Shown piece after piece: positions 1 to 12,544 of a DNA stretch of 64,000 bases (positions are counted from its first letter, which is position 1; every line of letters starts with the position of its first letter). The DNA is from Sphaerodactylus townsendi (Eukaryota). The notes under the pieces are model-generated. The model saw only the letters and a list, made by a program, of their open reading frames with translations, made no database searches and was not told the DNA's origin. Location of the stretch: contig NC_059431.1 in assembly GCF_021028975.2 (NCBI RefSeq), positions 92,194,001 to 92,258,000 of the forward strand. The letters run 5' to 3'. Both the position numbers and the translations under genes were made by a program.

Positions 1-29
1 CCAATTTCCAGATAGCCAAAACACTTAAA

Positions 30-205
30 AGCCAGTGTGGTATAGTGATTTCAAGCAATGGACTCTAATCTTGAGAACTGGGTTTGATTCCCACATTCCT
101 CCACATAAGCAGCAGATTCCATTCTGGTGAATTGGATTCCCTCACTCCTGCACAAGAAGACTGCTGGGAGACCTAGGGGCTAGTCACAGTTCTAAACAGA
201 AATAT
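30..205 (+). mobile_element. tRNA-derived SINE (Squam3-like), 3'-truncated
   Basis: Pol III box A-like TGGTATAGTG and box B-like GGTTTGATTCCC (81-92); body GGACTCTAATCT...GGGCTAGTCACAGTTCT matches the copy at 30095. Confidence 0.75.
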
Positions 206-587
206 GAAAGCAATGTGATAAATACACTATCACCCTAATTCTGTTTTATGTTTGTTATTGCATCCCGCAGCACCAAGAACATGAGAATTTCTTTGACTTG
301 AACTCATACCTGCTTCACTTCAGCAAAGTTACTACATGCAGCTCCTAAGGGTCCCTTGACCTCAAGAGGAAAACGCTGTGGTTCTCAATGGACTGCAGCA
401 GGAATCTGGAACTTTCTATTGGATTCTTATTCATAGCTACTGGAAGCTCTTCACCATTGTCTGGTGAGAATCCACTGACACTGGATGGTTTCTTCATACA
501 GAATTACAAAATTGTTAAATATTGTGAGAGATTGTTGAAGAAGGGTTAATTTTAAAGTGCAGTTCTGACAGAGAAAAGGAATGGAAA

Positions 588-1322
588 TGTAAGGAGTTAA
601 TCCCCAGCTCCACCTGATTGGCTGGCTGCTGCTGCAGCTGTCTATAAAAGGCCAGAGGGTGAAACCTGGAAGGAGAGACCAGAAAGAAAGGTAGAGTGCT
701 GAGAGAAAGTGAGCTTTGCTGCTCAAGAGGCTGTATGTATAGCTCAGTGATGGCGAACCTTTCTGAGACCTAGTGCCCAAACTATAACCCCAACCCCACT
801 TATTTATCGCAAAGTGCCAACCCGGCAATTTAACCTGAATGCTGAGGTTTTAGTTTAGGAAAAAAAACGGTTGGCTCCCCCTTCCTCCACCCCACCTGCT
901 CGAGCAGGGGCCAGCCTGCTGTACCCTCCAGCAAGTCCTGCGTGCACTGCTCTGTGCCTTTCTAGAATCTCTGCCTCCTCTGCACCCCTCCCTTGCCCCC
1001 CCGAGCAGCAGTCATCCAGAGCACAGGCATCAGGCCTGCCAGCCGAGTCCTCCCTGCTCACCGCGGTGCACGCACGTCGTGCTCAGTGGCCCAGGCTAGC
1101 CTAAATGTGTGTGTGGGTGTGTGTGCGAGGGGGGTGATTTTCCGTCAAAGAACTATCTGAAACAACTAAAAGGTTTGTCAAAGTATTCTTGCCAAAGTAA
1201 AGGCAAAGCAAAATAATCTCTGTAACTTATAGACTTGTAAATCTGTAAATAAATGTTCCATCTTTATTTTTTCATTAATAAGCCTCAAGGAGTCATTTGA
1301 GAGTGCCCAATCCAGCCTGACA
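588..1322 (+). mobile_element. Probable solo LTR, interrupted by a hAT MITE fragment
   Basis: TGTAAGG start and CCTGACA end; ATTGG (617-621), TATAAAA (643-649) and AATAAA (~1248) in U3-R-U5 order; no clean TSD found. Confidence 0.5.
745..1143 (-). mobile_element. hAT (Charlie-type) non-autonomous element, one end missing
   Basis: Begins with TIR CAGTGATGGCGAACCT; reverse-complement match to the complete copy at 52522-52945. Confidence 0.8.
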
Positions 1323-2224
1323 AGAGCAATCAGTTTTTGGAGGGAAAAGTAAAAAAAGGTTTTTTTAACCTTATTCTTGGAAACATTCCATAAAATAAAA
1401 CATGTAATTGTTAAAAAAACCCCAAACTTTAAAAGAGGATTATTCAGTTACCTTGGCTATTAAATCTGTGCACAAGTAAAACAGTTCCACATCTAAGGGC
1501 AACAATTTTTGTGTGTGTGAATGAGCCTTTACATTATAGAAAAAAACATACCTAGGGATGTTTTTGGAAATGGAGCGAGAGCACTATTATTGCAGCCCTT
1601 GGGCATTATCTTAATAGAGAAACATTTTATATGTCTTTCATAAACCAAATATATTAACTCGGATACCCAATAAAATAGACATATTTGTCATGCCAGCTGC
1701 CACAAGACTATATAGTTCTTTTTTTTAAAAAAAGAGAAGCCCCTTTACATTCTTTTTTCATATTTGCAGATAATCTTTTCAGCTGCTGGATCTCAACCAT
1801 TTAAGATATTGGTTCTGCTCCTTCAATACTGCAGACGGTTGTTGTTTCGTGTTCATTTTCATTGTAACTGTGTAGAGTTATAGATAATTAGTATGGCTAA
1901 GCAGTCCAACCATGTTTTGTAGTTGAGGTAATGGCAAAGCTTTCTACTGTGTGACAAAGCACGATCCAGGAATTTCCTGAACTGAAATGATACATAGACG
2001 TGGACTCAAATGCCAACAGAATTCAAACGAAGTTAAAAATGAAATATTCAATTTTAGCCTCCTAGCATAGGATGATGATGAAACTTCATCCACAGACTTC
2101 AAACAGCAATAATTCCCTCTATCCTTGTTAACTGTAGCTCTATAAAGAGGTGTGGTGACGGTGAAAAGAATCTCCAATAGATTTCCCAGCACTCTAATCA
2201 AATCAAAGGAAAGGTGGCATTGTA

Positions 2225-2400
2225 TAGCTTGATGTTGTCCACACTTGGAAGCTAGACAAGGTTGATACTTGGATGGGAGACCACCAAGGAAGACACTGCA
2301 GAGGAAAGCAAAGGCAAGCCACCTCTGCTACTCACTAATGTTGAATGCCTCTTGGCTGGGATTACCATAAGTCATGTGTGTCTTTGATGGCACTTACATG
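2225..2400 (+). mobile_element. 5S rRNA-derived SINE (5S-Sauria-like), degenerate
   Basis: 5S box C-like TACTTGGATGGGAGACCACC followed by GCAGAGGAAAGCAAAGGCAAGCCACCTCTG...CCATAAGTC tail shared with 7090-7280 and 15076-15215. Confidence 0.65.
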
Positions 2401-3199
2401 ATTTCATAACCAAACTAATGGTTTTAAAAGCCAGACTACAGTTGTCTAAGTGATGATTGTCATGAGTAATGATTGCAGGGCACATCATACAGTAGCCTTG
2501 CTGAGTTACGTAAATCTGGTCTGGGTCTGGTCAAGGCCTAAAAGGGACCTCCTATTTATGTCATCCTTTGCCCCATACTTAAGAAGTTATCATACAATAG
2601 AGCTAGAGAGCAGATAGATACAGATAGTCCATCATGACATTTTTTGTGGAAGCAAAGGCAGCTGAAATAAAATTGATAAAACTGATTGATTAAACAGATA
2701 TGTTAACACCCCATTCCACTCCAACATTTCACCAGTTACATTTTAATGTTATATAGACATCCAAGTCATATGAAGCAGATAAGACCAGCAAAAACATGAT
2801 TTTCTCTAATAAAACAAACTAGGTTAGCCATACACAAGATGGCCATACACAATAACCTATGCAGTAGGCTGCAGTAATCTATGAAATGATGGCTATGCAT
2901 GCAAAGAATAATATTTTCATACATAGCAGGGGTTTGAACTATTTGTTGGAAAAAGCAACAAAGCCTAATTCACATAGAATGGTTACTGTTTGTGGAGGGA
3001 GCGGGTTGTTTGCTCAGAATGTTCACTCCAGAACTAGCCCCTCCCCTCTGGTGCCACTTAAACTGTCAGTGAGTGTCATATTCTTCTCAGAAAAGATATG
3101 ACTGTTTTACTGTTGTGTTTCTATAATGTTATGAAGTTGTTATTATTCTTCAAAAGAAATACTATTTAATACCTCTCTAACACCATTCCCCCCAGTATT

Positions 3200-3700
3200 T
3201 TTTGGATTTGACTTTATTGGACCCAGAGTATTTTGGTAAAGCTGAAAAAAGCTGAATACTTATATCAGTAAATGAGGTGGGGTTTTTTTGGCTTTATTTT
3301 CAGAAATGTAAAAAAAATCAGCTCCTTTAAAGTCTATGGGAAAATTTAGGGGGCTCTAGTTTTTCAAGGCAGGAGGATCAAATTTAAAGTTTAGGTACAT
3401 TTAACTCTCCTTAGAAGAACTCCCAAGTTTGGTGAAGTTTGGGACACAAAGACCAATTTTATGGTCTTCCAAATGGGTGCCCCCATCTTCCAGTGGAAAC
3501 CATTAAACACTCTAATGAAAGATGGGAGGTACATAAAACTGGGCTCCCCAAACCAAACTTTACCAAATTTAAAGGTTCTAAGGAGAATCAATTACAGCTA
3601 TGCTGCAAAATGTGGTGCCCCTGCTTTAAAAAAATGTCCCTGAGCCTGCAACATTTCCCATAGACTTTAATAGACCCAAGCATCCACAGGAACAAGTTCC
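3200..3700. repeat. Unclassified interspersed repeat, related to 39450-40050
   Basis: Shared modules such as CTCCT(T/C)AGAAGAAC(T/C)CCCAA(G/A)TTTGGTGA and TTCCCATAGACTTTAA in both regions. Confidence 0.5.
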
Positions 3701-4669
3701 CACCATGTTGGTACCTTTGAAGATCATTTGTCAACAAAGTTAGGTGGCAGACAGAATTTTGTAGTGGGCATGTAGAATCTCCTAGCCAATAAAAATCCAG
3801 AGTATTCTGTGTGAAAATGAAAATCTAACACTTTACTACCCACCCACCCCCCTCTAATTTTTGAAATGTTCAGATGGAAAGCTTGTGAGGTCTGGAAAGA
3901 GAAACAGTCCATTACCATAAGCAAAATATCTTATGTATAAGATGTTTTCTCAATAACATTTCCCTTCCTTCTCATATTTTGAAGGAGAAAGTAAGTAATC
4001 TTAAATGCCAATATGTGTACAGAACCATCCAGCTGCTCTGAGACTTGCCTCCTCCTAGCTCATTTAGAGAAGTGTTCCTGGCAGGGATTCTTGGCATTTT
4101 TGCACTTATATATATATATATTTCCTTGAAGTGGTTTCAAGATGTGCTGGGAGGCTCTAATGGTTTACAATAATATAAATACATAGTCTATGCTGGAGTA
4201 AATCTTGACAACATAAGTACTGAAGGGCAAGCCACACCCCTTGGCCATTGAGAAGAATGGTGTGATGCATCCCAGTCAGTGGCAATACTCCAGTAAGACT
4301 TCAACTGAGATGAATCATACTAAAACATCTACTTTTCATGTTCAGGAACATGGAAAATGTACCTCAAAGGAAGCCCAAATTGTATATACAATATAAGAAA
4401 TTCATTGTATGTCATATATTACTGCAGTTCATCTGAAAGGTATGTTCAAAAATACAACCAAATGACATTAATACATTTTAAATGGATATGCCCCACAACT
4501 TCTATTCATGTGTAGTTGAGGGACAAATGAAGTTAGTCAAGTAAAATACTATTGAGGAAAGCATTCAAATCAAGGAGAAAAGAAGGACAATGTAAGTGAA
4601 ATGTAGTGGCTTATTTGAAATATCCCAGAGACTTTTATAGGAATATCTGGCATGAAGCTATGCAATTAA

Positions 4670-5060
4670 CAGCCCACTCGTGTTCAAGAGTGGGGGGAGC
4701 AAATGGGCTTATGGATCAGGCACAATGATGTGCAGTGTGTTTGCCCACCCCAGTAGCACTTACACCATTAGGGAGTGCAAACTGGGAGGTAGGCAGGTGC
4801 TGCAAAAAACCTCGGTGCCTGACTCAGAAATTCCTGTTCCCTGCAGAGCTGTGCCAGTCTAAACTTGGCTGCCAGAGCAGTTAGGGGCAAGTTAGGAGGA
4901 CCCTGAAAGGGTGGCATAACTCTGTTCAGACCTATGGAGGGCTTTTCAGGCAGGTAGGTTTTTATTTTTTTTGTTTTGCCGCCTCCCTACACTGCCTGAA
5001 AGTCCTCTGGAGGGAGGGTGGCAGAGCCATCTCTGACCACCATGGCTTTGGATTGGACTG
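4670..5060. mobile_element. PIF/Harbinger-type MITE
   Basis: Ends CAGCCCACTC / GATTGGACTG flanked by TAA on both sides; related ends at 27492 and 38216. Confidence 0.6.
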
Positions 5061-5394
5061 TAAGGCCTAAAAGGTAAATAGGTTGTACAAACAGAAATCA
5101 TCAGCTCTAAGGTCTGATTCACACAGGTATATTTATTATTTAAGCACTACTATGTTCAGTAACAACATGCAAGACAAATGAACTGTCACAAAGTTTCCTT
5201 CCCATACAGGGTGTCCCTATCACTCAATGCCAACTGACAGTATTTTCTCAGTGAAATCATAGGTGTCGTGAAGGGGGCAGAGGGGGCTCACTGAGAAAGC
5301 CCTCTTGGCGGGGGGTGGGGGTGGTACCACAATGAGAGCTTCCCTCTATGACCTCAGTGCATGGGCATTTACATATGGCTCAAGAGTTCCTTTA

Positions 5395-6345
5395 GATAGG
5401 CATAGCCCAAGCTATTTAGGGCTTTGTACATTAATGTCAACACCTTGTATTGGGCCCAGAAGAGAACTGAGAGGCAAGTGCAGTTCTCTGAGGACCAGTG
5501 TGATGTGCATCCAGCCAAAAGTATTAGCAAGCAGTTTAGCTGCAACATGCTGCACCAGTTCCAGCCTCCAGATCATCTTCAAGGGTAGCCCCATATAGAG
5601 CGCATTACAGTAATCCAATTGGGAGGTTACCAGAGAATGTAATACTAAGGCCAAGTCCCTTTGTCCAAAAACAGGCAAAGCTTGTAAACCAGCTGGAGCT
5701 GCTGAGAGGCCCTCCTGCTCTCCACTGTCACCTGAGCTATGATGGTCAGTGATGCATCCAAGAGCACCCCTGAACCTCACACTCAATTGTTCTGGGGCAA
5801 TACAATCCCATTCCAAACCGGGTACCCCTGGATCTCATGGATGCAGGAATTTGGAACAGATGGTCTCTGTCTTATCTGTATTCAGCTTCAATTTATTGAT
5901 TCTCATCCAGCCCATAATTTCTTCCAAGCAATAGCCCAGCACATGGAGCATCTCTTGTGACTCCAATGAAATGGAAACAAAGAGCTCAGTGTCATCCACA
6001 TATTGGTGACACCCAACTCCAAATCCCCTTATGGCTCATCCCAGTGGCTTCATATAGATGTTAAACAGCATCAGAGACAGGACTGAACCTCGGGGAGCTA
6101 ACTTCTGGAACTGACCCCAGAGATCGGAGAACCACTGTAGTACAGTACCCCACAACCCCATTCCTCAACGTCCAGCAATGTCCATTCCTCAAAGTCCAGC
6201 AAGACACCATGGCCAAAAGCTGCTGAGAGAATTAACAGGGTGCCATTCCCCCTGCCTTTCTTTCAATATAGGTCATTCATCAGGCCAACCAAGGCCGTTT
6301 CCATGCCATGACCATGCTTGAAACCAGACTAACATGGGTTCAGAA
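5395..6345 (-). mobile_element. L2-clade LINE reverse transcriptase fragment, degenerate
   Basis: Minus-strand translation gives SGFKHGHGMETALVGLMNDL, QYVDDTELFVS (YADD box) and HSLVTSQLDYCNALYMGLPLK...LELVQHVAAKLL. Confidence 0.85.
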
Positions 6346-6784
6346 GCCTGGCCAGAAAACAAATAATGTTTCACATGATCTATTAATAATTGATCTTCAT
6401 ATTTGCAGTGCTTTTTTTTTTCAAGAAAAGAAAAAAGTCAATCATTATGAAAAGTCTAGCTTTTGTTTACCACTTTGAAAATGCTGACATTTCCTGGGGG
6501 GTGCAGAAAGATTCTTCTGCAGAAAAAAAATACATCAGTGTGTATCTAGAAGATTCTCCAGTGCTCTCTTAAACTATCCATCTTTCACTCACACAATCTT
6601 AAATGTCCCCCAGTACACCTTTACATCTATTTTCTTTCTTCGTCCTGCTCTCCCTCCTTTCATCCATAAAACTAAATGATCTACCAACCATTATTTTCTC
6701 TGCTCTTCCAAGGTGTTTTTTGGGACATGGCACAACTAATGGAAGTTGAGAGATGGTGGATGGCCAATTAAATTCACCCTAAGA

Positions 6785-6930
6785 CAGTGATGGCGAACCT
6801 TTGGCACTCCAGATGTTATGGACTACAATTCCCATCAACCCTTGCCAGCATAGCCAATTGGCCATGCTGGCAGGGGCTGATGGGAATTGTAGTCCATAAC
6901 ATCTGGAGTGCCAAAGGTTCGCCACCACGG
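6785..6930. mobile_element. Palindromic hAT MITE (146 bp)
   Basis: TIRs CAGTGATGGCGAACC / GGTTCGCCACCACGG, near-perfect full-length palindrome, perfect 8-bp TSD CCCTAAGA. Confidence 0.92.
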
Positions 6931-7089
6931 CCCTAAGAAAACTTAATGGCTTAATTTAGGAGAGGTTTTAAGTGATAGGCATGTTTGGCTGAGCAAAGGA
7001 ATTTATTCTTCATACCACCAGACTGGCCAATAATTGGTTTGTTAATGTCCTGTGCCTTTACGTGCCCATGTGAATTATCTTAAGGTTTT

Positions 7090-7280
7090 GCTCCATGCCT
7101 TGATCTGACTGGCCCAAGCTAGTCCTATCTCATTAGATCTGGTCAGTCTTTGGATGGTAAACCACCAGGGAAATCCAGAGTCATGAAGCAGAGGCAGACA
7201 AAGGGCAAATCATGTCTCAATGCCTCTTACCTTCTTGAAAATCCCACAGGGTAACCATAAATCAGTTGAGACTTGATGGT
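7090..7280 (+). mobile_element. 5S rRNA-derived SINE, degenerate
   Basis: CTAGTCCTATCTCATTAGATCT...TTGGATGGTAAACCACC...GCAGAGGCAGACAAAGGGCAAA...CCATAAATCAG; same layout as 2225-2400. Confidence 0.6.
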
Positions 7281-7480
7281 GTGTGTTTTTTGTTTTGCTC
7301 TGTAGCCACCTTTAGAGGAGGCCTTGCATCATACAGCACCTTGCATCATATAGCACACGTTCCTATAAGAGGTTTGAATGTGTTTTGTGGACAATATGTG
7401 TTTTGTGGACAATTAATTCCACTGCACATAATCAGGTATTTTGAAAAAGGGTCAAAGAGTTTGTTTTTACACACCAATTT

Positions 7481-7731
7481 TCTTTACTTTTAAGGACTCT
7501 CAAATGAGCTTACAATGGCCTTCCCTTCCTCTCCCTCCAACAGACACCTTGTGAGGTAGAGTGGGGCTCAGAGAGTTCTGAGAGAACTGTAAGTGGCCCA
7601 AGATCACTCAGCAGGCTTTGTGTGATGAAAGGGAAAACAAATCTAATCACCAGATTATAGTCTGTCACTCATGTGGAGAAGTGAGGAATCAAATCCAGTT
7701 TTCCAGATCAAAGTCCACCACTCTTAACCAC
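7481..7731 (-). mobile_element. tRNA-derived SINE (Squam3-like)
   Basis: Reverse complement of the 30095 family (CAACAGACACCTTGTGAGGTAG...GAGGAATCAAATCCAGTT...CTCTTAACCAC). Confidence 0.8.
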
Positions 7732-7732
7732 A

Positions 7733-7996
7733 GTGTGATTTAACTGTAAAAAAATATGTGAATAAAGTTTGTTTTGCCTGGCAATCTCATGGACGTGTTG
7801 TTTTTCCTTTTTTTGTTTTCAGGGGGTTGTCTGTGATGCTACAGTGACACAACTGGAGAAGCTGCAACATGTGCATATATGTGACACCATAGCTTCACAG
7901 TCATCCCCCTCAAAACAAAAAAAGGAAAGCAACACATGCACAGAATTGCTAGGCAAGACAACTTCATTCATCTACTTTTTTACAGCAAAATCACAC
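7733..7996. repeat. Long imperfect palindrome (probable old MITE)
   Basis: Left arm GTGTGATTTAACTGTAAAAAA...TTTTGTTTTCAGGGGGTTGTCTGTGATGCTA pairs with right arm TAGCTTCACAGTCATCCCCCTCAAAACAAAA...TTTTTTACAGCAAAATCACAC. Confidence 0.75.
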
Positions 7997-8567
7997 ACAA
8001 ATGTGATGCAAACAGAGGAAACCTCCATAGGAAATACTCACAGAAAATCTGCTCCAGAACACAAAATGATGGGCGCAAGCAGTGGAAATGAAAGTAAGAG
8101 ATTTGGGCAGGAAAATAGTGTTCCCTGCCTGCTGGTGTTCACTCAGCAGGTGGGAAATGTCTTCAACTGGGAGGGGTGTGTGTGTGAGATTGCTAGTTAG
8201 CAATTTTTGAAAAACCCAGGTTGGGAGGAATAAAATGGGCTGAAGGCATTTTGGGGAAGAGAGCTGTATGAAGTTCTTACCTAAAACACTTTTTATAACA
8301 TCCTAAAGATGTTATGTTCATGCTGTGTGGAATTCACCCATCTCTCTCCATCTTTTTTCTTTCTCTCTTTCCACTTTTCCTTCCCCTTCCCTTTCCAGAA
8401 TTGCAGATTCTATCGTTCCCAGATATCATAACATTTTTGCTAGTATTATTAGATCTCAAGAGTGAAAAAAAAAGTGTCTCTCACACACACTATCTTAGCT
8501 TTCATAGGCTTTTCTTTTCCAACAATGGGGAAGAATTATGAGAACTGGGGGTATTTAAGGGGGGGGG

Positions 8568-8720
8568 TTATTTATTTATTATTTTATTAGGCTTCTATAC
8601 CACCCCATCCCTGAATGGCTCTGTGCGGTGTACAGCATGTAGGCGTAACAATATAAAATAGTTAAACATTTAAAAGCAGCGATAAAAGACTAAAAATTTA
8701 ATTCCAAGGATTATACAATA
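8568..8720 (-). mobile_element. L2-type LINE 3' tail
   Basis: (TTTA)n followed by TTCTATACCACCCCATCCCTGAATGGCTCTGTGCGGTGTACA; similar tails at 25610-25670 and 37075-37140. Confidence 0.55.
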
Positions 8721-10264
8721 AATCTCAATGAAACAGAGTGGTGTCCAGCATTCCAGTTTTAAAATTCCCTCCCCCCCAAAAAGGGAGGCATTATGACAGG
8801 GAGATGATCAATAATTGAAAAGTTTCAATGGAGTATTGATGTCTACTATAAAGATGGTCTTAATTTTATGCCTATTTCAGGAACAGGTATTTCAGGGAAC
8901 AGAGGAGGGTTGCTTTGATACAGTTATCCCAAAAATGGGTGTCTGATATGGGGGAGGACAGCAATTTTTATTCTTGCCCTGGGCACCATTCTATGTAGCT
9001 ATGCCCATGAATGAAATCAGTTGACACATTCATCAAGCAGAGGACGTATGCAGAAACCAGCCTAGGTGCTTACAGAAGTGAAAAGAATGCTATACCAATA
9101 TAGTGGTTGGCTATAGACTCTCAATTCTATCTGTTACTTGTAACATCAGTCAATTTATCAGTACTTTAGCAGTCAATCTTGTATTGGAAAAAGAATTACA
9201 ATAAAAACAAACACCACAGTAAAACCAAGGGTTTCTGCAAGGGCCAACCTAAGCCATTTTGCTACTCAATAGTCTGTTCCACATAAACTATCTGGGGTCC
9301 CCAGGACCGCATGTTTAGGACCAAACATTATTGTGGAGATACAGTGGCTGCCAAATGTACAGTCACATTTCGAGCTCCCCTTCTTAGATGTCTAGCAGAA
9401 TTTACCCTTTGTATTTCTGTGCCACTAATCCATATCATTGGAGAACTGAGATACTGCAACATGAGGTAAGATTTGCTAGGTGCTACTTAGGCAGAGGGGA
9501 GAGGATAATGTCTGGTTTGCCCCTCAGTTGCAGTACAACTGAGATACCAAGAAATTTGAGAACATCTGTTCATGCTATTATTATCATCCAGCAAAAACAA
9601 TGTCACCCTGAACTCTAAAGGTTTTATGGAAAATCCAAAAATACCACCATAAACTCTGTGAAAGACATCCCCTCTGGAAGAAAATAATGCACATTAATCT
9701 CACTCTTTTGTATATATAACAGATGGCATAGAATTATGTACTGGGGAAAAAGAAACCCTAACTGTGAGGAATCTTAACCCCCCCCCCCCTTTTTTTGGTG
9801 TGTGCTGGAAACTTAGCTATCAAAAGAAATATTTAATTTTGTTTTCTTCTCCCTTTCCTGAATTATGCCATTTTCCAACAAAGTTAATTTTAAGTTCTTG
9901 ATGCCTTTAATTCACTTGTGAAAATGCTAGGTTTGTGACTCATTCAAAATGAAATGTGCCTTTTCTCTTACCAACAGAGGCCACATTCATTGGATTGTAA
10001 ATAGACATTACTGATCAACATGTTTCCTGTTTTCAAGAACTATTGAATGTATTATACAAACAGTGATTAATTCTATAGGGCTTTTATTTAAATGGTTTAT
10101 TCTCATCTCTTTTATCCTCCCAATCATCCAGTTAGCCAGGTTATGCTATAAGACAGAAATTCTTCAAACAAGGAAAATCCATTTGAACAGTGACTTCTCT
10201 GATGAGGAAGATGAATTGGTTTTCATGCCCAGCTTTTCTTTTTTTTACCTTTTAAGCAGCGAAT

Positions 10265-10500
10265 TCTCAAGAGCTGGTTTTACTGGGAATCACCTTTTTC
10301 CTCTTCCCTCCAGAAACCTTTCTGAGAGTGGTAGGTGGGAATGAAAGAACTGTCACCCAGAAGGCTTCACGTAGAGGAGCACATGAAGCACCCAGCTCAC
10401 CAGATTAGAGTTCACTGTTCGTGTGGAAGAGTGAGGAATCAAACCCAATTCTCTAGAAGAGAATCTGCCAAACTACTACAGCCAAAACACTTTTACACCC
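10265..10500 (-). mobile_element. tRNA-derived SINE (Squam3-like)
   Basis: GAGTGAGGAATCAAACCCAATTCTCTAGA (box B on minus strand) and CAGATTAGAGT module as in the other copies. Confidence 0.7.
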
Positions 10501-10674
10501 TGAGGGCTAATGCACTTGTCCTAAGACAGCAATGCATTTTAAATCTTTATAATGAAAATTCTTGTGTTAATATACACACTACAGTACTCCTTGAATCTCT
10601 AAATGATATTAGTTCACAATATAAACAATACAAATATTAGCAACTTGTAAATAATCTATCATTATTCCACAATC

Positions 10675-11290
10675 ATGTTTGGGTTTGGGCTGACCAAACT
10701 CCGGTGAGTTTGGTTTTGGAATTCCTTCAATTTTGTTGAAGGAATTCGCTCGGGGGTGGGGCTCGGGGGAGGCTCAGATCTGGACTGACCTGCTGTCATG
10801 GTGCCTGTCTGAGCCCCCCCACCTCCCTGCAGACAGGAGGCAGGGGTAGCAGGGTGCCATGGTAGATACCTGGTGTGGGAGAGGCCTCTTTGCCACATGG
10901 CTGGGCCCGGCCTCATGTGCTGGCATGATCCCCCCTCCCCTGCAGGGGGATTGCACAATGCAGGAGAGACTGGGTGAGCCGGCAGGGGAGAGGCCTCGCG
11001 CACTGTGGGAAAGGCTGGGCATGCTAGTGAAGGAGAGGCCTCATGTACCTTGGGAAAGGCCAAGTGCGCCTGTGTGATCCCCCAGTGCCCAAGGCCTCTC
11101 CCCCGCTGGGGGGTTCATGCCAGCATGTGGGCCTGGGGGATCGTGCTGGTGTCTCCTGGTCATACGACTGGGCCCAGCCTTGGGGGGGAGCTGCCAGGCA
11201 CTGACAGGGTCACCGTGCCATGGGAGAGGCCAGGCATGGGGACCCAGTTGGCACCCGGCGCCCCCCACATGACCATGTCCCTATAGGCAG
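10675..11290. repeat. GC-rich unclassified repeat with internal GGAGAGGCC units
   Basis: Abrupt GC rise; GGAGAGGCC at ~10878, 10987, 11032 and 11223; short hairpin GAATTCCTTCAA...TTGAAGGAATTC. Confidence 0.5.
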
Positions 11291-12544
11291 TACACCACTG
11301 ATTTATCCTCATGTGCAAGACATAAAGAGGTTTTTGCCAGTTTTGGTGACCCACTTAAAACATCTTGGATAGTTAAAAAATGAAATGGCAAATTAGGTAC
11401 TTAAATCCAGAGATTAGAGCCATGGAGAGACAAGACTGAACTTCCTACAAACATGGGAAATACCCCAGATTTGCAGGAAAAACATAAACTCCAATAAGAA
11501 CAGTAACATAATTTGGAGTGTGTTGAGCTACTGATGACAAAATCATTTATGGGACATTGGGGGTGGGGAGGTTTTCTGTTTTTCTATGCACTATACCTAC
11601 AATATTAGCGATCTCCTCTGTTTTGTACACCATTACAACACTACAAAACCCCTGAATTCTTCCATTTCTGAATCTGCATGATCATAAAGGAGTTCACAAA
11701 AATAATACATTTTCTTTTTAAAGAAGATTAAATACGATGCATCATCAATACGTCTCCTATTTTAATAAGGTATGATGATATTGGTGACCCAAATATCAAA
11801 TATCGAGGTGATTTTTATAGGTATAGTGTGATTAACTGAAAGTCAAACTGCCTATAAACAAACTACTATGTCTTAACCTCACATGAAATGGAAAAAAAAT
11901 TCACAACTCAGACTTACAGCAGGATGTGAAGTGACTAATGTACTAGCCATTAGCAGGTGCTAGTAAGCTGTTTTATACCAGCCAGCACTGGGGTATATAA
12001 GAGTGAAGATGCTGACTTTATGACGAGTACAGTTAGTTGAAAAAGCAGCTTTGGGAACAGTTTTAATCATAAATGGAGGCAAGAGAGAAAAGCAAGGTGA
12101 TGGGGGAAATATAAAGTGAATATCCCTATTCTCTCTGTGACATTGCCAAAAACAGAATGGCCTGGACTGCTATGTCAGGAACTGGATTTTGGAATGTAGC
12201 ACTGATACAGGGTTATCCTCCAGCCCCTCCTTCCCCCAGCAGCTGAGCTGATAGAGCAGTACAACTTTCTGGGGACTGATGTCAGTACTTTCTAGGAATT
12301 ACTGGTGTCAGTACTTTCTAGGAATTACCAAACCATCTATGGTTTTACTGTAAAGTTCCCAGTAATTCCTAGGGAGGAATGAATTAGCTTCCAGGATTTC
12401 TTCAGAAATTATATCACACCCAGTGGCCAATTTCGATTTCGATTTCCATGTCTCCCCAGGCCTGGCAATTCTGCACTGACATGAGCATCCCTAGGTAGAA
12501 CAGAAATCTCACAGAAATTTGCTTCTGCATTCATTTAGACCCTA

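Noticed and set aside
310-460. Minus-strand exon with CCAG acceptor and CAG|GTATGA donor
   Set aside because: Stops in all three frames; likely chance signals
2225-2400. 5S rRNA gene (also 7090-7280, 15076-15215, 20800-20950)
   Set aside because: Only a degenerate 5S-like part is present and it runs into a shared SINE tail; these are SINE copies
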